DNA of 5,020 nucleotides, from positions 1 through 5,020 of the forward strand of contig NW_021830245.1 of assembly GCF_006345805.1 (NCBI RefSeq), read 5' to 3'. Source of the DNA: Octopus sinensis. Its lineage: Eukaryota. Numbering within the stretch: the stretch's first letter is position 1; each line of letters opens with the position of its first letter. A model generated the notes under the pieces. It saw only the letters and a program-made list of their open reading frames with translations, was not told the DNA's origin and did no database searches. Position numbers and translations under genes: made by a program. This document shows, piece by piece, positions 1 through 5,020 of this stretch.

Positions 1-60
1 TATAAATTCGAATGTTTTCTCCTTGGCTTTTGATTCTAGATTGGTTTAGGTAAGAAAAGG

Positions 61-260
61 GCTTACATGTACGTGTGTTTGTTAGGATGTGTGTGCGAGT
101 GTGCGTGTATGTTTGTGTGTGTGGGTGGATGTGGGTCCAGGTGTGCGCGCGCGTGCGCCCACGTGCATGTGTGTATGTGTGTGTATATGTATGTGTATTA
201 GAATATATACAGATTTAGAGATAGATATATAACTTATAGTGATAGGTGGATGTGTGTGTG
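61..260. repeat. Degenerate (GT)n/(GC)n/(AT)n alternating purine-pyrimidine low-complexity tract
   Basis: Runs of gtgt, tatg and a gcgcgcgcgtgcgc core (145-158) are visible directly. An E-box CACGTG lies at 160-165. Confidence 0.85.
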
Positions 261-276
261 TTTTGTAAACTCTTTG

Positions 277-362
277 GTGGTTGTTGTTTTTGTTGAAAAC
301 ACCTAGTCAGCTTTAACCGAGTAGCGTTATGATCAAAGACGTTCTAGCCACGACCATCCTGT
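277..362 (-). mobile_element. Short retroposon 3'-end fragment with degenerate (CAA)n tail
   Basis: The minus strand reads aggatggtcgtggctagaacgtctttgatcataacgctactcggttaaagctgactaggtgttttcaacaaaaacaacaaccacca: unique sequence ending in a CAA-rich tail. It resembles a short repeat I recall from Octopus genomes (recollection, not searched). A diverged similar sequence occurs at ~3147-3220. Confidence 0.45.
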
Positions 363-363
<1 letters not shown>

Positions 364-406
<43 letters not shown>

Positions 407-427
407 TTTCTCTCTCTCTCCCTCTCT
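364..427. repeat. (CT)19 microsatellite with interrupted CT extension
   Basis: Perfect (CT)n at 364-401, then ccctctttctctc... to 427. Confidence 0.97.
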
Positions 428-724
428 GGTACGCTAGCCAGTGTATCTATAACTACACTTATTTATCCAATATATCAGTCACCCTTTTTTGTTTTCTTCT
501 TTGTTTAAATCATAAAGTAATGTCAGGACGATTTGACTGCTACTTCTAGCATAATAAGCTCCTTCTCTGGTTCTCGGCTGATGATGACAATAGGAAAGTT
601 TAGTTAATCGGGAGATGATTAAACGTTTTCCCTTTTTTCTTTTCTTTTTTTTCAATATTCAAATTAATATTTTTTTTTCTTATGGTGTTCTATTTTTCTT
701 TTCTTTTTTTGTCTTTTCTTTTGG

Positions 725-730
725 TCAGTT
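725..730 (+). promoter_or_regulatory. Possible Initiator (TCAGTT) after a T-rich tract
   Basis: Matches the TCAKTY Inr consensus. It is preceded by a T-rich stretch (~620-722) and followed by a CpG-retaining unique segment. No correctly spaced TATA or DPE. A 6-mer match is weak evidence. Confidence 0.2.
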
Positions 731-879
731 GCAAGTTTGTTTTGTTGGTTGTGTTTGTGGACAGCTAAGCTGGTCGTCTCGACAGACGACCGCTATTTCA
801 GAAAGCGAGCGGATGATGGTAAACACAGCCGAATGAAACAGCCGACACAAGCGAGAATGTTAGGAACGGGAGAAGCGGT

Positions 880-1034
880 GAAAGGAGCAGAGTAGAAAGA
901 AGAGGCGGAGCGAAGAGAGAAAAGAGAGAGAGAGAGAGAAATAGGGGAGGGTAGAAGAGGGGGAAAGAGAAAGAGAGACGGATGGCGGAGGAGGAGAAGA
1001 AAAAGAAAAAAATGAAATGAGCAAAGCAGAGGGA

Positions 1035-1074
<40 letters not shown>

Positions 1075-1700
1075 TAGAAGCTGAAGAGTGAGAGTGTGGG
1101 AGGTGAGACAGATAGATAGAGAGAGAGAGGGAGGGAGGGAGGGAGAGAGAAGAAGGTAAGTATTAAGGGGGCGTGCGTATTTCTGTATGTATGCGTGTGC
1201 TGTTCGTGTGCGTGTGTGTGTGTGTGTGTGTAACTGAGATTGAGTGGCGAAGAACATTAGAGAATGAGAGAAGGCATAGCTTTCTCTCATTCCCCCACAA
1301 CAGAGGGATGTGCTAAAGAGAAACAGAAGGGGACTGCGTGGTGGTGGTGGTGGTGGTGGTGGAGAGAAAGTGACTGAAAGAAGAGCAAAAGTGAGCAAAA
1401 GGGAACGAGAGAGAGAATGAAAGAGGGAATAAGAAAGAAAAACAGACAGATAAGTAGAAAGAAAGAAAGAAAAAAGAAGGGAAAGAAGGAAGTGAAAGAG
1501 AGGAAAATGAGAGACAGAGAGAAAGAATGAAAGAAATCGACAATGAAGTCAGTATATGGAAGGATACGAAGAGACTTGGGACAGAGAGAGAGGGGGAGAG
1601 TGACAGACAGAAAGAAGAAGAAAGAAGGCGAAGAAAGAAAGAAAGAAAGAAAGAAGAAGATAAATGAGAGAAGGTGAAAGCGGAAGAGAAAAAGTAAGAG
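880..1700 (+). repeat. Long polypurine low-complexity domain: (AG)8 923-938, (GA)17 1037-1070, GGGA, GAAA and GAA runs, with embedded (GT)10 1212-1231 and (GTG)8 1338-1361
   Basis: Read directly; the + strand is overwhelmingly A/G over ~800 bp. Confidence 0.93.
1153..1161 (+). other. Perfect 5' splice-donor consensus AAG|GTAAGT
   Basis: Exact MAG|GTRAGT match with GT at 1156-1157. There is no transcript evidence. Confidence 0.3.
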
Positions 1701-1807
1701 AGAGCGTTGTGTGTTGTCTTCAGTTAGAGAGAAGCGTAGTCTTCATTTCACGTATTTCTGAAGAATGTTAGGGATCACGAAAGAAATAACAAACACAGAA
1801 AGGACAG

Positions 1808-1870
1808 CAACAACAACAACAACAACAACACAGAAACGATAGCACGCACAACAACAATAACAACAGCAAC
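1808..1870. repeat. (CAA)7 microsatellite and degenerate CAA extension
   Basis: (CAA)7 at 1808-1828, with further caa/caataa/cagcaa units to ~1870. Confidence 0.9.
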
Positions 1871-2069
1871 GTTGACAAACGAAAGTGTCTCTGCAGATAG
1901 AGACGAACGATCCACTTGACTGACATCATAGTCAAATTGACCCCCAAATCAATTTATTTGTCTATAAATGAAAAAAAAATTTTAAAAAAGGATATTTTTG
2001 ATGTCTTCTTGCATGATAGATAAAAAAAATAATCATCTGGATTACCAAAGCTGGAACGCTTTTCCTCCT

Positions 2070-2145
2070 ACGATGACAACAACAACGGTATTCTTAACGT
2101 TAACGACAAAGACAACGATACAACAACAACAACAAACAACTACTT

Positions 2146-2179
<34 letters not shown>

Positions 2180-2400
2180 AGCGATGCCGACAACAACGAC
2201 AACAACAGAGATAGCAACAAGTCGATAATGACGGCAAATAACGATAATTTGTTTCAAGATATGACAACAATGCCGCTGACAACAACGATAAAAAAAAATA
2301 ACAAGAAGCATGACAACGAAAAAGGGCAACAACACCACAAATACAGCAACAACAACTACAACAACAACAACCAATACAACAACAACATAATGACAACATC
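2070..2400. repeat. Degenerate (ACA/ACG)n cryptic repeat with embedded (CAA)5 2121-2135 and (CTA)11 2146-2178
   Basis: Trinucleotide-periodic low complexity. ATGACAAC recurs at 2073, 2261, 2310 and 2390. Confidence 0.9.
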
Positions 2401-2549
2401 GAAGCAGAAACTTGAAAAAAAATAAAAGAACAAAAAAACTGTAAAACAAGTGACGTTTTGTGCTGAACATTAATTAAAAGCGCTGTAATTGTCCCATTAT
2501 TTATGATATTAAATAAACAAACATTGATGCAACTATGAGAATAAGGACG

Positions 2550-2601
2550 ATGGCGGCGGCGCGGGGCGGCGGCGAAAGAGGAGGAGGAGGAGGAGGAGGA
2601 G
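2550..2601 (+). repeat. GC-rich (GGC)n patch with GC box, followed by (GAG)8
   Basis: atggcggcggcgcggggcggcggc (2550-2573), then (GAG)8 at 2578-2601. Confidence 0.85.
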
Positions 2602-2845
2602 AGTGAGTGAGATTACTTTCTACAATAAAGCTAAAACTATTCCACATAATTAGCACCATCAACTATTAGTAATCAATCTGTTCGCTATAGTAGTTAAATG
2701 TTCCCTCAGAGGAAGCTCTGACAATTCTTTCCAGCTTTAAGGACGACGGAGAGGGCGAAATTGGGAATTACTGGGAGGCGACGGTCACAATTTGCAACGT
2801 CCATTTCTCTCTGTGCTCTATGACAGCTGACCCTCGGCTAGACAT

Positions 2846-2859
2846 CAACAACAACAACA

Positions 2860-2895
<36 letters not shown>

Positions 2896-2944
2896 GCTGC
2901 TGCTGCTACTACTACTACTACTGCTGCTGCTACTACTACTACTA
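2846..2944. repeat. Compound trinucleotide microsatellite (CAA)5-(CTA)11-(CTG)4-(CTA)5-(CTG)3-(CTA)4 (approximate unit phasing)
   Basis: Counted directly from the sequence. Confidence 0.95.
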
Positions 2945-3146
2945 ATGCTACTACTACAACTACAATAAAACTAGCAGCAATAGCAACGACTCTCGTCCTT
3001 TTTTTACACGACTGCTCGATCTGCTAGAAATAGCAACCGAATCCACATTAAACATTACATCTTACTGTCTTAGCAGCAATAAATAAATAAATAGAGTCCA
3101 TGTTGGATAATTTCGTGCAGGTTTCGGTCCCTACGTATAGAGAAAA

Positions 3147-3220
3147 CATGGGACGTTGTTACGATCGGAATATCTTCAATCAAGATATTGATTACTTGAT
3201 CGTCGGGGCTAAACAAACCA
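3147..3220 (+). mobile_element. Possible highly diverged second copy of the 277-362 short repeat, opposite orientation
   Basis: gaatatcttcaatca...tacttgatc...aaacaaacca aligns to gaacgtctttgatca...tactcggtt...aacaacca of the 277-362 reverse complement; the core differences are transitions. Confidence 0.3.
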
Positions 3221-3539
3221 CAGCTAATCTATTTTTAATTTTAATTTGATTTAATTTTTTATCGTTCATTTTATTTATTTTTATTTTTTTTTTTTTCAAA
3301 TTTAGACGGGGGCTCGAAGTGTATTAATTAATCAGATATAATGAGAATATAATCAGCTTCAGATCGCCACCAACCTCACTCTCTTTCCCTCCATCTCTCT
3401 CCTTCCCTCTCTTCCTCTCTCTCAAACCTCGCCATTTACTACTATTACCATTATTATTTTTTTATTTATATTTTAATATTTATTTTTTATATTTTAAAAG
3501 TTTTATCTTTTTTATATAATTTTGAGAAGCGAGCTTCGA

Positions 3540-3591
3540 AGGAAGTTCCCTTTATCTCAATAATCAGGAAGTTCCCTTTATCTCAATAATC
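3540..3591. repeat. Perfect 26-bp tandem duplication (aggaagttccctttatctcaataatc)x2
   Basis: Units 3540-3565 and 3566-3591 are identical. Confidence 0.97.
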
Positions 3592-3670
3592 AATTTTTAT
3601 TTTCGAAACCTAATTTCATTGAAAGATCCATTTTGCCGAGATTGTTTGCGCGCGTGCGCGCGCGTATGTG

Positions 3671-3788
3671 CATGTTTGCGTGTGTGTGCGCATGTTTGCG
3701 TGTGTGTGCGCATGTTTGCGTGTGTGTGCGCATGTTTGCGTGTGTGTGCGCATGTTTGCGTGTGTGTGCGCATGTTTGCGTGTGTGTG
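3671..3788. repeat. Perfect 20-bp minisatellite (catgtttgcgtgtgtgtgcg)x5.9
   Basis: Five identical units at 3671-3770 plus an 18-nt partial unit at 3771-3788. Confidence 0.98.
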
Positions 3789-3840
3789 TTTGGTTTTAAT
3801 TTCCCTGCAACTATTCTCTATCGCAGAACTGTAACCATTA

Positions 3841-3983
3841 CCACCACCACCACCACCACCACCATTAACAGAAACATTGGCACCACCACCACCACACCAT
3901 TATAAACCAAGTGAAAATGCTGTTGCTATGTTATTATTGTTATGGTTATTCTTGCTCTTGTTTTCGGTGGTGGTGGTGGTGGT
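3841..3983. repeat. (CCA)8 3841-3864, (CAC)5 3881-3895 and complementary (GGT)6 3966-3983
   Basis: Read directly. Confidence 0.92.
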
Positions 3984-4119
3984 ACTGCTGCCGCAGCTGT
4001 TAGCGGAGGTCACGGTGGACGACGTGATGATGTCCTTGTACAAGTTTGAAATTTGAAAATCAATAAGTAAAAACCGTAAATTATTTGACATATAATTAAC
4101 AAATTCACTAACGAAAATG

Positions 4120-4269
4120 CACACATTCATTACATACATAAATATGTATGCACATATATACATACATACACACATGTATACATATAAGCATAAGCATATG
4201 TTCAGCATACAAGTACATACGCACAGATGCCTATATATTCACCTACATACACATGAGGGTGTGTGTTAC

Positions 4270-4327
<58 letters not shown>

Positions 4328-4440
4328 ATATGTATATGTGTGTATGTATGTATATATGTGTGTATATGTATAAGCATATGTATATGCATATGTATATGTG
4401 TATATATATATATAATATATTAATATATATATATATATAA
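4120..4440. repeat. Compound (CA/TA)n-(TA)n-(TG/TA)n microsatellite
   Basis: (TA)13 at 4277-4302 and (TA)12 at 4304-4327, with a CA-rich left flank and a TG-rich right flank. Confidence 0.95.
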
Positions 4441-4610
4441 TAAATCTAAACACAAGGAAAACAAACACAAGTAATAAAAACAACCCGAGGACGTGGTACA
4501 TGCAAAGTATTAGCAGTTGCCCAGGGAAGAAAACAAAGGTAGTTTTACGTTTTGAGCAAAGCTCTTTGTCAGAAACAGGAGACGGTGTAAAATCCAATAG
4601 AAAAAGAAGC
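4441..4610 (-). mobile_element. Probable fragment of a Penelope-like element terminal (pLTR) region or a related hammerhead-bearing repeat
   Basis: A unique island between microsatellites that contains a minimal hammerhead motif of the PLE type. No RT or GIY-YIG coding sequence is present. Boundaries are approximate. Confidence 0.4.
4542..4576 (-). ncRNA. Degenerate minimal type I hammerhead ribozyme (G8A, G12A; predicted inactive)
   Basis: Minus strand: GTTT-CTGACAA-A-GAGC-TTT-GCTC-AAA-ACGT-A-AAAC. Stem I is GTTT/AAAC, stem II is GAGC/GCTC, stem III is the palindrome ACGT, and the cleavage triplet is GUA. The core matches CUGANGA...GAAA except for two G>A changes. Confidence 0.65.

Positions 4611-4615
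<5 letters not shown>

Positions 4616-4644
<29 letters not shown>
4616..4644. repeat. (TG)14 microsatellite, i.e. an (AC)n tail at the SINE 3' end
   Basis: Read directly; it abuts the SINE 3' end. Confidence 0.95.
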
Positions 4645-4648
<4 letters not shown>

Positions 4649-4953
4649 CAAATGAAAGACAGCCTGCTCGTGAAATTGGTCGTGCAAGTGACTGAGTACT
4701 CCACAGATAGACATACCCTTAACTTAGTTCTCAGGGAGATTCACCGTGATAAGGCTGGCCCTTTGAGTTACAGGTGCCATACTCTTTTGCAGGCTGAGTG
4801 GACTGGAGCAACGGGAAATAAAGTGTTTTGCTCAAGGACACAACGCGTTGCCGGGAATCGAACACGCGAAATTATGATCGTGGGTGAATACCTCTTACCA
4901 CTGTATTACACGCCAGCGTGAGTGAATGCCAATAACCACTACTCCACGCGCCT
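4645..4953 (-). mobile_element. tRNA-derived SINE with CORE-like central domain (octopus-type), 5' head duplicated
   Basis: Minus strand: A box TGGAGTAGTGG (4946-4936), second A-box-like TAATACAGTGG (4908-4898) and B box GTTCGATTCCC (4863-4853). These are followed by GTGTCCTTGAGCAAAACACTTTATTTC (4841-4815), resembling the start of the CORE domain (GTGnCCTTGrGCAAGnCACTT), then a unique body and an (AC)n tail. Confidence 0.85.
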
Positions 4954-4955
4954 GA

Positions 4956-4956
<1 letters not shown>

Positions 4957-4986
<30 letters not shown>

Positions 4987-5020
4987 TTATGTATGTATGT
5001 ATGTATGTATGTATGTATGT
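4957..5020. repeat. (TATG)n microsatellite with one interruption, running off the window
   Basis: Read directly. Confidence 0.97.

Noticed and set aside
1-6. TATAAA at the window start
   Set aside because: It is an isolated hexamer in AT-rich DNA at the window edge, with no supporting context.
572-613. Hammerhead-like CTGATGA (578-584)...GAAA (594-597) with a possible stem I tctcgg/tcggga
   Set aside because: The 9-nt spacer tgacaatag cannot form stem II, stem III would be mostly wobble pairs, and the cleavage triplet is out of register.
768-810. Helitron 3' end at the GC-rich hairpin
   Set aside because: No CTRR terminus at the expected distance on either strand.
1753-1789. CTGAAGA...GAAA hammerhead-like spacing
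   Set aside because: There is no stem II pairing and no room for stem III or an NUH triplet.
3022-3035. tgcta-GAAA-tagca GNRA tetraloop hairpin
   Set aside because: It has only 5 bp and is expected by chance in 5 kb.
3161-3203. Hairpin acgatc..aatatctt-caatc-aagatatt..gatcgt as a pre-miRNA
   Set aside because: It is too short and asymmetric (8 + 6 bp with a large internal loop), and it overlaps a probable repeat relic.
3540-3788. CRISPR-like appearance of the 26-bp and 20-bp repeats
   Set aside because: The repeats are head-to-tail with no spacers, the context is eukaryotic, and no cas genes are present.
4000-4032. Minus-strand peptide HHHVVHRDLR resembling a kinase catalytic loop
   Set aside because: A stop follows immediately and another lies shortly upstream. 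No downstream N-I-L or DFG motif appears in any frame.
361-4714. The listed ORFs built on repeats (LS-, VC-, YI-, T-, V-, C-rich)
   Set aside because: They are translations of (CT)n, (GA)n, (GT)n, (TA)n and (ACA)n repeats, with no recognisable domain.
4619-4921. 100-aa + strand ORF with complex-looking sequence
   Set aside because: It starts in (TG)n and is simply the antisense reading of the SINE.
4850-4953. tRNA gene
   Set aside because: A and B boxes are present, but no complete cloverleaf is evident and the sequence continues into a SINE body.
4613-4961. Target-site duplication atatgt (4613-4618 and 4956-4961) around the SINE
   Set aside because: Both copies lie within AT/GT microsatellites, where this hexamer is ubiquitous.

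Overview
A eukaryotic, microsatellite-saturated, essentially non-coding window (intergenic, intronic or 5'-regulatory). No listed ORF looks like a real protein: each is a read-through of simple repeats or lies antisense to a SINE. The best-supported features are a ~310-bp tRNA-derived, CORE-like SINE on the minus strand (4645-4953), whose A-box head is tandemly duplicated, and a degenerate minimal type I hammerhead ribozyme on the minus strand (4542-4576), of the kind carried by Penelope-like retroelements. Both catalytic guanines of the ribozyme (G8, G12) appear lost through CpG-type transitions. Also present: a perfect 26-bp tandem duplication carrying kB-like and GATA motifs, a perfect 20-bp minisatellite, several compact hairpins in the unique islands, and possible + strand promoter and splice signals. 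The repeats resemble families I recall from Octopus (coleoid cephalopods); that assignment is from memory and is unverified.
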